A stretch of DNA of 64,000 nt from NCBI GenBank assembly GCA_035352955.1, contig DAOPYQ010000005.1:109231-173230 (forward strand), written 5' to 3'. The stretch is from Candidatus Omnitrophota bacterium (GTDB taxonomy: Bacteria; Omnitrophota; Omnitrophia; Omnitrophales; Aquincolibacteriaceae). Numbering within the stretch: the first letter of the stretch is position 1; the number at the start of each line of letters is the position of its first letter. Both the position numbers and the translations under genes were made by a program. Under the pieces are notes generated by a model. It did not search any database. It worked only from the letters and a program-made list of their open reading frames with translations, and was not told where the DNA came from. Shown in pieces: positions 1 to 11,500 of this stretch.

Positions 1-2295
1 GATCGCCGCTTTCACGATGGCGTCGACCGGTTGTTTGATGCCGATATTGAAAACCTTGTAACCGTTGTTCGTAAGGATGATATCCACGAGGTTCTTTCCG
101 ATATCGTGAACGTCGCCTTTAACGGTTGCGAGCACGATACGGCCCCGTTCCTGGCCTTCTTTTTTCTCCATGAAACGTTCGAGATGCGCCACGGCTTTCT
201 TCATAACTTCTGCCGACTGGAGCACGAACGGTAACTGCATCTTGCCCGCGCCGAACAGTTCCCCCACCGTCTTCATGCCCCCAAGCAGGATCTTGTTGAT
301 GATCTCAAGCGGCGGATACTGTTTCCGGGCTTCATCCAGATCCGTTTCGATCCCCTCCGCGTTCCCGTCCAGGATCCGGTGTTTCAGGATGTCCTCGACC
401 GTCCCGGCGGGTCGGCGAACTTCCTGCGAAGCGGGTTCGGAACCCTTTTTGCCTTCAAAATGAGCGATAAACGCCTGGAGCGGATCCTTGCCGTTTTCCC
501 GCTGATTAAAGAGAAGTTTTTCAGCGGCTTCCTGGTCCTCCCGCTGGATCTTGAAAAGCGGCAGGATCTTTTTTGCATGCACGATCGCGGCATCGAGCCC
601 CGCTTCCACCGCTTCATGGAGGAAAACGCTGTTCAGCACCTGCCGTGAAAGCGGCGAAAGCCCGAACGAGATATTGCTGACGCCGAGAATGGCCTGGGCC
701 CCGGGAAGTTCTTTTTTAAGCCAACGGATGCCTTCCAACGTTTCGATCCCGGCATTGCGGAACTCTTCGCTCCCGCTTCCGAGCGTGAAGGTCAGCATGT
801 CGAAAAAGAGATCTTCGGGGCGGATCCCGTACTGTTTTGTGGCGATATCATAGATGCGCGACGCAACACGGACTTTCTCGTCTTTCGTTTTCGCCATGCC
901 TTTTTCGTCGATCACAAGCGCCACGAGCCCCGCGCCGTATTTTTTCGCAAGCTTGCAGATCTTCCGGAGCCGGTCGCCGCCGTCCTCAAGATTGATCGAA
1001 TTGATGATCGCCTTGCCGGCGATCCGCTTGAGTGCTTCCTCGATCACATGCGGCTCTGTCGAATCGATCATCACGGGAACCGTCACGTGCTGATTAAAAC
1101 GCGACACGGATTCGATCATATCCTTGGTTTCGTCACGCCCCACGAACGCCACGCAAAGGTCCACAAGATGCGCGCCCTCTTTTACGGCCTCGCGGGCGAC
1201 GTTCACGATCGCTTCATAATCGTTCCGTTCGAGGAGCTGCTTGAATTTCTTGCTGCCGTTCGCATTCGTTTGCTCGCCCACAAGGAGCGGCGCCGGCCGC
1301 TGACGGTAATTCACCGCGCCATAGAGGCTGGCGCAGGCCGGCTCATGACGCGACGCGCGTTTTTTGGGAACCAGTTTGCCGACCCGTTCGACCACGGCCT
1401 GGAGATGTTCCGGGGCCGTCCCGCAGCACCCGCCCACGATCGAAACTCCGAATTCTTTCACGAACCGTTCGATCTGGTCGGCGAACTCCTTGGGCGTGAG
1501 CTTGTAGTGAGCGACGCCGCCGATATTTTCCGGAAGCCCCGCGTTCGGGAGCACGGAAACCGGTTTGACGGAACTCTCGCACAACGCGCGAATATGCCCG
1601 GCCATTTCCGCGGGACCGGTCGCACAGTTCATGCCGATCACATCAACCGGGAACATCTCGAGCGCTGCGATCACGGCGCTCATGTCCGTCCCGAGCAGCA
1701 TGGTCCCCGTCGATTCAAAAGTGACCTGCGCCATCAGCGGCAACCGCTTCCCGGATTCATGAAAATGTTCTTCCGCGGCGATCAGGGCGATCTTGGTCTG
1801 CAGAAGGTCCTGGCAGGTCTCGATCAGGATAACGTCCACGCCCCCGGCAGTGAGCCCCTTCAACTGTTCTTTATAAGCGGCCTTCAGCTCGTCGAACCCG
1901 ATGTGCCCAAGCGACGGAAGTTTGCTGCCCGGCCCGATGGACCCGACGACGAATCTCGGGTGGTCCGGCGTGGAATACTGATCGGCAACCTCGCGGGCGA
2001 GGCGCGCGGCCTTCTCGTTGAGTTCGACCGCCCGATCCTCGAGACCATACTCGGCCAAAACGATCCGGTTCGAGCCGAACGTATCGGTCTCGATGGCATC
2101 GCACCCGGCTTTGAGAAAACTTTCGTGAACGCTCCGGACCGCATCCGGCTTCGTAATGACAAGGTATTCATTACAGCCGTCCTTGCCGCCGTAGTCCTGC
2201 GCGGTAAGACAAAGCTTCTGAAGATTGGTCCCGAGCGCACCGTCGAAGACAAGGACCTTCTGCTTTAAAATTTCCAGGAATGAAAGATGATTCAT
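1..2295 (-). CDS. metH: cobalamin-dependent methionine synthase, N-terminal ~765 aa; 3' end runs off the window start
   Basis: Reverse-complement translation from the ATG at 2293-2295 reads MNHLSFLEILKQKVLVFDGALGTNLQKLCLTAQDYGGKDGCNEY, a homocysteine S-methyltransferase domain. Around nt 100-200 the same frame gives IVLATVKGDVHDIGKNLVDIILTNNGYKV, the B12-binding DxHxxG motif. The frame stays open to the window edge. The plus-strand ORF 1048..2268 is its antisense artefact. Confidence 0.8.
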   Translation of the reverse strand, partial: MNHLSFLEILKQKVLVFDGALGTNLQKLCLTAQDYGGKDGCNEYLVITKPDAVRSVHESFLKAGCDAIETDTFGSNRIVLAEYGLEDRAVELNEKAARLAREVADQYSTPDHPRFVVGSIGPGSKLPSLGHIGFDELKAAYKEQLKGLTAGGVDVILIETCQDLLQTKIALIAAEEHFHESGKRLPLMAQVTFESTGTMLLGTDMSAVIAALEMFPVDVIGMNCATGPAEMAGHIRALCESSVKPVSVLPNAGLPENIGGVAHYKLTPKEFADQIERFVKEFGVSIVGGCCGTAPEHLQAVVERVGKLVPKKRASRHEPACASLYGAVNYRQRPAPLLVGEQTNANGSKKFKQLLERNDYEAIVNVAREAVKEGAHLVDLCVAFVGRDETKDMIESVSRFNQHVTVPVMIDSTEPHVIEEALKRIAGKAIINSINLEDGGDRLRKICKLAKKYGAGLVALVIDEKGMAKTKDEKVRVASRIYDIATKQYGIRPEDLFFDMLTFTLGSGSEEFRNAGIETLEGIRWLKKELPGAQAILGVSNISFGLSPLSRQVLNSVFLHEAVEAGLDAAIVHAKKILPLFKIQREDQEAAEKLLFNQRENGKDPLQAFIAHFEGKKGSEPASQEVRRPAGTVEDILKHRILDGNAEGIETDLDEARKQYPPLEIINKILLGGMKTVGELFGAGKMQLPFVLQSAEVMKKAVAHLERFMEKKEGQERGRIVLATVKGDVHDIGKNLVDIILTNNGYKVFNIGIKQPVDAIVKAAI

Positions 2296-2528
2296 GGCGG
2301 GTATTCTAACCGAGCAACGCACATCGCGCAACGAACAACGCAAACGCCTCGGGGTCACACCTCATTTTTTGCGAAGGTACGACCCCGATTTTAGGGGGTT
2401 TACGCGGAAGTGGCGGTCTGTCGCTCAGCCGCGGCAATGCGCTCAAGAAAAGCCGCGACGATGGCAATGCCCTGCCCAACCCGAAATGCGGCCGAGGCAG
2501 ACAGGCCAGGCAGGGCTTACCGTATTTT

Positions 2529-5500
2529 TTAAGCCGCCCGCGCGATCGATTCGCGAGCTTTCATTTCAAGGAATTTCTGGACCGCAACGCCCGAGATCAC
2601 AAACCCGCGTCCCGAGGCGTTCATTTCGATCAACTGTTCGATCCCCTGCTGTTCCGAACGGAACAACGCCTTCAAAAGTTCCGCTTTAAGAAGCTCCGGC
2701 TGCCGCAAAAGCTGCGGCTGCCTGGAAATAATATCCGCCAACCGGACCGCCGCGACCACTTCTAGAAGCGCCATATAATCCCGCACCAGCGCATTCCCCG
2801 CCGATTCCCCCGTGATCCTGTAGAAGACCTCGCGGACCATGCTGCCTTTCCCGGAGAAATTCGTCACGAACGGCACGACGGCCTGATCGTTGAGCGGACT
2901 GTACGAACCGTTCGCGGGGATCTGTCTCACGCGAACCCCTTTCGCCAAAAGTTCCGCGGGATTCAATCCGGACAGCCGTCCGCTGATCGCCAATTCATTA
3001 ACGATCGCCCCCCGCGTGTCGATTACTTTCATGAACTGGTTAAGCAGAACCTGCCCACGCTGAACCTCCGCACCCGCCGTCAGATCCAGCCCGATCGCAA
3101 GCCCGCGATCCTTCACATTCTCGAGATTTGCCAAAAGGACTTTTCGTTCCATGGAAATGACCTTCGCCACGGACGGATCGACTGTTTCCGCCATGATGCC
3201 GCTTTTCCCCGTCATCTCCGCGAACGCCGTCGGCACAAAAACATTATTAAAAGCATCCCACAATCTTTTCTCAACCCGCTCGACACCGTCTGAAAGGATC
3301 TCCGCCCTGAAAGCACGAACCGTTTCTACCGCTACTGGTTTCTGTTTTAACACCGTCTCCAGAACTGCGGCATAAACCTGTCTTTTTTCAGCACGCTCAC
3401 GGTCATTTTCCACCGTCGGTCCAACGACCGGCGAACGGACCGGCTCGGGAGTAGCAGCCTGGACAGCGCCGGCGGGGATCTCCCGGACGATCACGGCATC
3501 ATTTCCCTTCCCATGAGAGATCCTCTTTTCAACGACATAGTTTGATTCTGCCCCGGCCAGATCATTTTCAATCCCCTCCAGGCCCTTTTCCCACTTGCCG
3601 GTCAACAAAGTCCCCGCGAAGTAAGCCGCATGCCCCACGATCAAATCATGAGACGAACGAACGAAGGCAAGCTCCACCCGGAAGGTCGATTGCGTCTTTT
3701 TCCGCAACTGGACGATCTCCTCTAGCCGTGCCTTTGCCTGCTGCCTCAGCGACTCGATCTGAGGCACACTGGCCACGTGCGGCATCCGAATTTCGGCGCG
3801 AGAAGGTTTGGCACCCTTTTTTTCCTCAGCAAACGAGGTCTGACCCCTTTTGCTGTTTTCGGCAAGGATCGGCCATGGATTCCGGGCCGGTTCCGCGGGC
3901 ACTTTTTCCCAGGAATCAAGCTTCGGAAGGACCTGCCGGATCGCTTCCACCGGCATATCCGCGGGGATCTCGATCGTGTAATGCACGACCGAAGCCCGCT
4001 GTTGCACTTCCACGGCCTCCGGCCATTCTTTCGTGAGAGCCGCGCACTCTCCCGCATTCAAAACCCGGGACCGGAGGTTTCCGGAAACCGTCCGGGCGTC
4101 CCACCTCAACAAGATCCTCTCCGGCGTAATGTCCAGACGGCAACGGACGGAACGATCCGCCGATTCGATCGCGAGCCGTTCGGCAAGCATCTTCCATCCG
4201 AAGACAGGATCGCTTTCGGGAATCACGTCACCCGCGACACCGGAGCGCTCCAACGCCGTACGCGCCGCCGCGAGCGATTCCGGATAAGGCTTCGCCGGCT
4301 GCAAAAGTGCTTTAGGTTCCGTTAATCCCGTCTTGGGATCGACTTTAAGATGCAGGCTGGACGCCACCATCCGGTTCATCATGTCGGCGCGGACCCGGGT
4401 CCAGTCCATCTGCTCCAACTGGGCCAAGGGCGTCCTGCGGAGTTGATGAATCTCATAGCTCCAGGGCGAGAACTCTCTTCCCACATCCCTGACGCTGGGA
4501 TTCAGCCGCGCGAATTCCGATTCGAGTTCTCTCTCCATCCGGCTGATCTGTCCCTGAGCCGTCAAATACGGCCTGACACTTGATCCAAGATCTTTCAGGG
4601 TCTCCTGACTCTCCCCCAGCAAAACCTTGTTGACCCGTCCCTGGATCTCCTCGGACGAAAGCCAGTGGGAAACGTCTTCTCCCGTCTCTTCGAAGACTTG
4701 CTGCGCTATATCGTGTAGTTTGAAATCGAGCGGTTCATTCGCGATCGCCCGGATCTTGTACAACTCCGGAGGGCTAGGTTCTATTTGATCCGGTTTCGCC
4801 GGATCCATGTTCGCCCAATCCGAGAAATTCAACGCCGCGTCCCGACGCAAGAAAGCAATGTCAGGAGGTTCCATACCCATTTCCTTCGCGCTTTCAACCG
4901 CACACTGGGCTATTTTGTCCCAAGCCGGAAAGACCACGTTGTCGACATAATGCTTTTTAAATTGAACCGGAGTCCATCCGGCCGCTGCGGCGCGTTCGAA
5001 TTCAGCGATAGGATCCATCCTCAAACCGCTCATATCCGCTTCCGCGATCGTCCGAAAGACCGTCTCCCAGAGAGAAACCTGCTCCGGGTGGGTCATGGCG
5101 AGACGGTAGGGAAAGATCATATTCTCGGGCGTAAGCATCGCGTCCACTGCCATCGGGCCGGTCAACCCGGATCCTTTTTGCACAGCAGCGGCGGCAGCCC
5201 GGTATTCCGTATTGATTTGCTGTGTTACAGCATCCTTGAAACTGGAAATAAGACGGACAAGTTCCATTTTCGGGTTACGGGCCGCGACCTCGTCAAATTG
5301 GCGGATCAGCTGTGCGAGGCCCGAGGGCTGCGTCCGTGAAAAAACATTCACGATCGGCGTTTTTCTTGGATCGGAACCCATCGCCTGCATCAAAAGAGAG
5401 CCCAGATTCATGACCGGTCCCAACCCGCTTCCAAGATTTTCAAGGCCCGACGCAAGACTCGCCTCGGTCGCCCCGGCGGGCAACACGTTCGCGGCAGTCG

Positions 5501-8500
5501 CCGCGGCGAGCATCTGCTGCAGAAAATTACGCCTCGGGATCCCAACCCCCTCCCGCATCTCGGAGCGCCGATCTTTCTCTGCCTTGGCATTTTCTTCCTC
5601 TTGCTCGAGAATATTTAAAAAAGGTACCCATCTGGACAATCCTTGTTCGATCCGGTACTTTGAAACATCGAAGCCAAGGACGACGAGTTGCTTCAATAAT
5701 GCAGCCCTCTTTTCGAGGATCTGCGCCTGCATATCGGGATGCGGCCTGCTCATAGACGTCTCATGGAAAAGCCCCACCAAAAATCCCAGGTAAGCGGCCA
5801 GCTCTTCTAAAACCGGTTTCGGGATCACCCGGCTCGAAAGATAAAGCATCATGATTCCGCCATAGCTCAGGGTATCGGCATTGCTCAGAATTTCGATCAC
5901 GGTCCAGGAATAACGCTCGCCGACATGACCGTCCGCAGCGACCACCGCGTATTCGAGCTTCAGATCCTTCAAGAAATTCAACCCCGCCGTCACGAATCCA
6001 TCAGCGAACGCCTTGGCGGTACTGATGTGGAGTTTGCTCCTGACCTTCGCTTTGACGGAAACTTCTCTAGCACCGTCTTCCTCCCGCATCTCCGACCGGC
6101 CGGGGCCGGCAAGAATGGGCCACGGGCTGCGGGCTGTTTCTTCCGGTGTTTTTTTCAATTCCGTCGGTGCCGACGAAATCGACCGAACTTCCGTCTTTTC
6201 AACCGCTCTAAAAACCGGCCGTGCAGGCTTGGCAGAGACCGGCACAAAGCCCTTCGTTTCGCGCGACGCTTTACCGGCATAAAGATCATAGCGCCGGAAA
6301 AGGCTCTTAAGCACTGTCCGTTGGTCGATGGTCAGGTCCGGCGGCGCTTTGAAACTGGACCGGAGTCTTTTGACCACGACCGAGATCTCGAGTTGAGGGT
6401 CCGCCTCGATCTTCGCCAGAAGTTCCGGATTTGAGTCGACCTCTTCGAGGATCGTCCGGATCCGCTCAAAATACGGCCGGCCCATTTCCACGAGCTTCTG
6501 CCGTTTTTGCAGTTCATGCTCGCTCTTGCCAGCCGACGGGACATTTTTCTTGAGGTTCCGGTCATACGCCCGGATCACCTCGACAAGCGACTGAAGAAAA
6601 CCAATATTAATATAAGGTTTATGACGTTTCCGGTAATATTCCAGGCTCTTGTGAGCAATCTCATAGATAACAGACGCCGCCCCGTGCGGCCCGTGCTGCG
6701 CGTATCGGGACTCCATATCCTCAAGGACGCGAACGAATTCCTCGAACCGCTCCGCCATCATCCAAATATTCTCTCCTCTCCTGTCCGTCGCGCTGAACGG
6801 CGGGTGCCATACGCCGCCTTCCCGTCTTTCCGGACGAACTGGACTGGACTTACCGACTACGGACTGTTCCGATATTGATGTTTCGATCTCAGACAGGATA
6901 GCTTCCATTTTTTCTTGAAATTCCAGCGTCGCCTTCTGATAGTTCCGGAACGGCTCCTGCGTTGCGCTGTCCAGTTTATCTTTCACGAACTGCGCCATGA
7001 GCTTCAGTGTAGGTGACGTTTGAAAGCCATCCCCCGAAAGCACCGCGTCAGCCCAAGCTCGAAGCGTTTGCTTCTCCTTCCCGCTCCCGAACTCCTGGTC
7101 CGGGGCAAAGATCATTTCGATCTTTTCTTTAAGTTTGGCCATATCAAAGCGAATATCGCGCAAGCACATTTCTACCGTTTCACGGTCACCGGTTCGCAGG
7201 GAACGAAACAACGTTGCCTGGGCACCGCGAATATACGTCCCGTGACTTTTAAAAAAGTGAACCACACCGTCATCTGCCATGGACTTTCCGACAAGCTTTT
7301 CAAGCTCCTGTAGGAGCGCATCATGGGCTGCAGCGAAAATATCACATTGTTCCAAGACCCGAGTGGCCATCATCCTCAAATTCATCTCCCGCATTTCAGA
7401 TCGGACGTGGTCGTCAGAACCACGCCGAAGCTGTGCCGACGCGCCGCGCTTCTCAGCAGTCCCTGTGGGATTGGGAGTCGATGCGGAGCGGACGGGACCT
7501 TCCTCTGTCCCGCCGCGACTGTACCCAGCTTGACCAAAGCTGGGTGCAGAGCTTCCGGAAGACAAGGAATGAGCTTCGGCCGCCGGCGACCGGATTGAAG
7601 CAACCTCACGAATGCTTTCAAGTTCTCGTTTTAATTTCACAAAGTGGTCGCGTAACGCGAGGATCCAATCACGGTGGTTCTTGAGGATCGAAGCCAACTC
7701 GGCCTGTCCCCTTGGGTCCTTAAGGTAGTCGCATAATTCTCCCGATAGCTTTGAAAACGCCGCCTTTCCGTCAACCTCTTTCTCAAGCGTCTTCAGAAGT
7801 TTTTGCCGCTCAGGATCTTCCCGGAGGAAGGCGTCCAGGAATCGAACGCCCATCCCCATCTCAACGATACCTTTTTCCAAACTCAAGTCGTCGGGCGCAG
7901 GATGTTTTAGCTGCAAGTAAATAGACGAAAGGACATTGCTTACCCCTCCCATCAGCTCACGCCGTAGAGAAGTCTTTTGAAATCTCGCATCGGCAAGGAT
8001 ACCAACCGGATTATCCAAGGCTGCCAGAATGTCCTCCGGCGATCCCCCTTCGGATCTCACGGACACCGGCTGTTCCGGTACCTCCCGCAATTCGGAGCGT
8101 CCTGTCTTCAATTCGTGCGCGGGCGCACGTTTCTCCTCGCGCGCCGATGGCTGCGTTTGAGCGGGATCGCCTCCAATATGCTGGAAATTGAGAGGGATAT
8201 CGCCATAGGATGTTTTCAGACGCTTGGCCCAGTCCGTCTCGCGTGCCCCGAGTACCAGCGTCGCTCCGGTCTGCTTGGCAAAAAGCACAAGCGCCGTTTT
8301 CAGGATCTCCAGGAGGGTGCGATTGGAACCATAAAGATCGTCGACAACAACAACGCTGTTTTTTCCAGCTGCGACAGCGTCGATTGTTCCACTCAAGAAA
8401 TCGAGCACCGCTTGGAAGAAACTAACCCCGGCTCGATCGCTAAGGCCCTCAAAAAGCATGGTGTTGACCTCCGCGGAATCAAACCGGCTCCCCATCTTGA

Positions 8501-11500
8501 TACGCCTTACCGGCACAAAGAAACCGCGCCGGGCCCAAGGGATCGTTTTCTTAAAAAGCTTCAGGACCGCGCGAAGGTCGTCCATATTCTCCGCGGTCAC
8601 GATATTCGCCTCCCCGCCGCGCAGTTTTAATTGAATGACCCTCGGCGACGATTCTCCGGCCTTCGGCGGAAGCTCTGCTTCGATCTCAACGGAGTTTTCG
8701 TCATCGCTTTTTTCGGGCATCGCATAACCCAGCTCCGTGACCGCCAGAGCCACGCCATTCAAGATATCCAGATCGCGCAACGCCTTTTGGCAATTGGATT
8801 TGATCTCATCTGCAAAATAAGGCTCCTCTTCGTCCGGAATTTCTATTTCCGGGAAGAACCGGTTAACACCAAGTTTCTGCGAAATATCGCGAAGATCCTT
8901 CAATCGCTTCAGGATCTCCCTACCATCCGCCAACGATTCGATGGGGGTGGGCCTACGGCTCTGTTTTGAAAGGTCATCTTTTTTAAGTAATATAAAATGG
9001 TCATCTTTTTTGAGCAATGCCATGAACTCCCCGAGCTTGCGACGAAGCTCTTTCATGGCGGGAAGCCCCATTTTTCCCCGGAACGCTTGTACTTGTTCGA
9101 TCAACTCCTTAACCTTGATGTTCCTATAACGCTGGGCCGATAAGTACGCAATCCCGCCGAAAAAGGGGTCCTCGAAAGGCGAACCGAATCTCTCAGGACT
9201 GTAACTGTGAAAAGCAAAGTAACTTTCAGGAATGATCCCGTGGCCATGTAAAAGCGAATAGAATTTCGCGTCCGATTCACCACCGGGATCGAACCGGTTC
9301 CCTTGGGGCCTGATCTCCGGCAACGGCCCGGCTTTTCCGTTTTGCACAAAATCACGAGCCGCATCGAAAATAGCCTGAAACTGTCCGTTATCTTTCAACA
9401 CCTCGCGCGCTTCCAGGATGGAATGATCGCGGACATCCGCATCCCCCGCCTGATAAGGCCCCTTCGTGTAAAAGAATTTCAATTCACCCTGTTTATCAAC
9501 CGAGGTCAGCATTTTTTCCGCTCGGACAGGATTGTCAAATTCCTGCCGAAGCGATCCTTGCGCACTGGGCGCAAGGGCCGCCCGGACCTTCGCAGAAACC
9601 GAAGGATCGGCGAGCAATTGATCGACCGCTTCATGATGATGCGTCGCCGTGATCACGGAAGCACCCATTTCGATCGCTTTTTTGGAGCCTTGAAGAAACG
9701 CTTCTTCCGTCGCAAAAACTTCGTCGTGGATGAATAACGTATTGCGGCTCGCGTTATTGAGCCCGGCATCTTCGCCGGGACCGCGCGCGACAATATCCTC
9801 AAACCAGCTCGTCTCCAGAGGCGAAGGCACATACATCCCGAGACGCGCCATCACGGCGTACAGGGCGGCCCCCTTCAACAGAGTGGATTTCCCGGAGGCG
9901 TTGGGGCCCAACAAAGCCAGGAACGGCTTTTCGTTGGAAAGACGAAGATCATTGGGAACAAGTTCCGCCTTCACTTTAGCCGCATCTTCTCCCCGCTCCT
10001 CACCATCTTTAAGGCCAAGATAGGGATAAGTCAGCTGCGGCGCGTGGAAAGATCCCGGCTCGTCGATAAAAACCGGCCGTTGCCAGTTCTTCCGAACGGC
10101 CAGATCCGCCATGATCCAATAGAAATAAAGCTCGTCCGTGAAATTCTTGAGAAGAACTTCCATATCCGAATCGTTCTCAAGCGGTTCTGCCGCGAGCAGT
10201 TGCCCGAAACGGGTCCTGATGCGTTGATAGGCCGGCCCATCGAGTCCTTGCAGTAGGTTCCGGTTGTCGCGAATAACTTTCAGGACATCTTTCACATGAG
10301 ATTTATATCTGTTGTCAGGGAACTCTTCCCTATGCCTACCATATCTCCGCTTCGCGTTTAGGAACGGACGCGCGAAATAAAGATCTGTCAAAAAAGCCTG
10401 AAAGCGTTCGGAAAATTGCCGGTCAGAGCGGACTTTCCCTGCCATTTCTTCAATGGCGTCCAACCGTTCGAGCACCCGTTCGTGGCCCGGAAGCCGCTCG
10501 CTCGTGAGCATCTCGACATAACGGTAGAACGGATAACGGTATACTACTTCCCAATGTTCGATATCGGGATCGAGCGCTTTGACCCACTTTGAGAATTTGA
10601 TCCCAAGGAACTTCAAGAGACCGGAGGCCACCTTCTTCGCCAAAACAGGCTCGCCCGGTTTCGGGCTTTCCCGCATCTCAGAGCGAACGGTAGAAAGTTC
10701 TGCTGGGGTCTGAAGTTGAGAGATCAGGTCGCGGCTTTCGTAGACTCTATCCTGGCGCCAGACAAGTTCATCCTTGCGCCGATACAATTCCGTTTCCTGC
10801 TTGCGGAGTTCTTCAAGCACTCGCTCCTCGCGTTCCGCGGGATCCGCGCCACCGGCCCATTCCCAGAACCCGCGGTCTTTCAACGTGTAGACGCTGACGC
10901 CGGGCTCTTCAAGAAGCCTGATCCGCTCCCAAAGCGCCGAAAGTTCTTTCGCGAGAGAATCCAGCCCCTGTTTCACCAGTGACTCTTCGCGGTCGAGTTC
11001 TGAATTGAGCTGTTTGGCGTTGAAGGTTTCTCCTCTCTTTGCCCGCTCCTGCAGAGAATGCGGCCAATTCTGCGAGATTTGGAAAAAGCCCATAACCTTA
11101 TCAATAACATCGGGATTTACCTTCGAGAATTCCGCGAACCGTTCTATAGACAGTTCCGGACCGAGCAATCTCTGAACATGCCCGCGCTTTTGAATAAAAG
11201 CTCGAGCATCCCTGAAAATATGCGGTACCATTTCATCAAACAGCCGCCAGTCAAAACGTTGGATCCCAAAATAATCGTCGATCTGTCCCTGAAGTTCATT
11301 CACAAAGTCAAAACTGGCCTCCATGACACCCGGACCCATTCCGGAGAATCTGGAAACAATGTCACCAAGCGAGGCGGGACCGGAGAGCATTCCTTGAAGC
11401 ATGAATCCGCCAAACATCTGCATAAACCCGCGACGGCCCATCATGAGCCTGAGAGAATCCGCGGCAAAATCCTTGAGCCGGAGGATAGAGTCAACCGTCT

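Noticed and set aside
1048-2268. 406-aa plus-strand ORF
   Set aside because: It is antisense to metH, whose reverse-complement translation gives unmistakable MetH motifs. The sequence is Arg/His-rich with no recognisable domain, typical of a GC-rich antisense frame.
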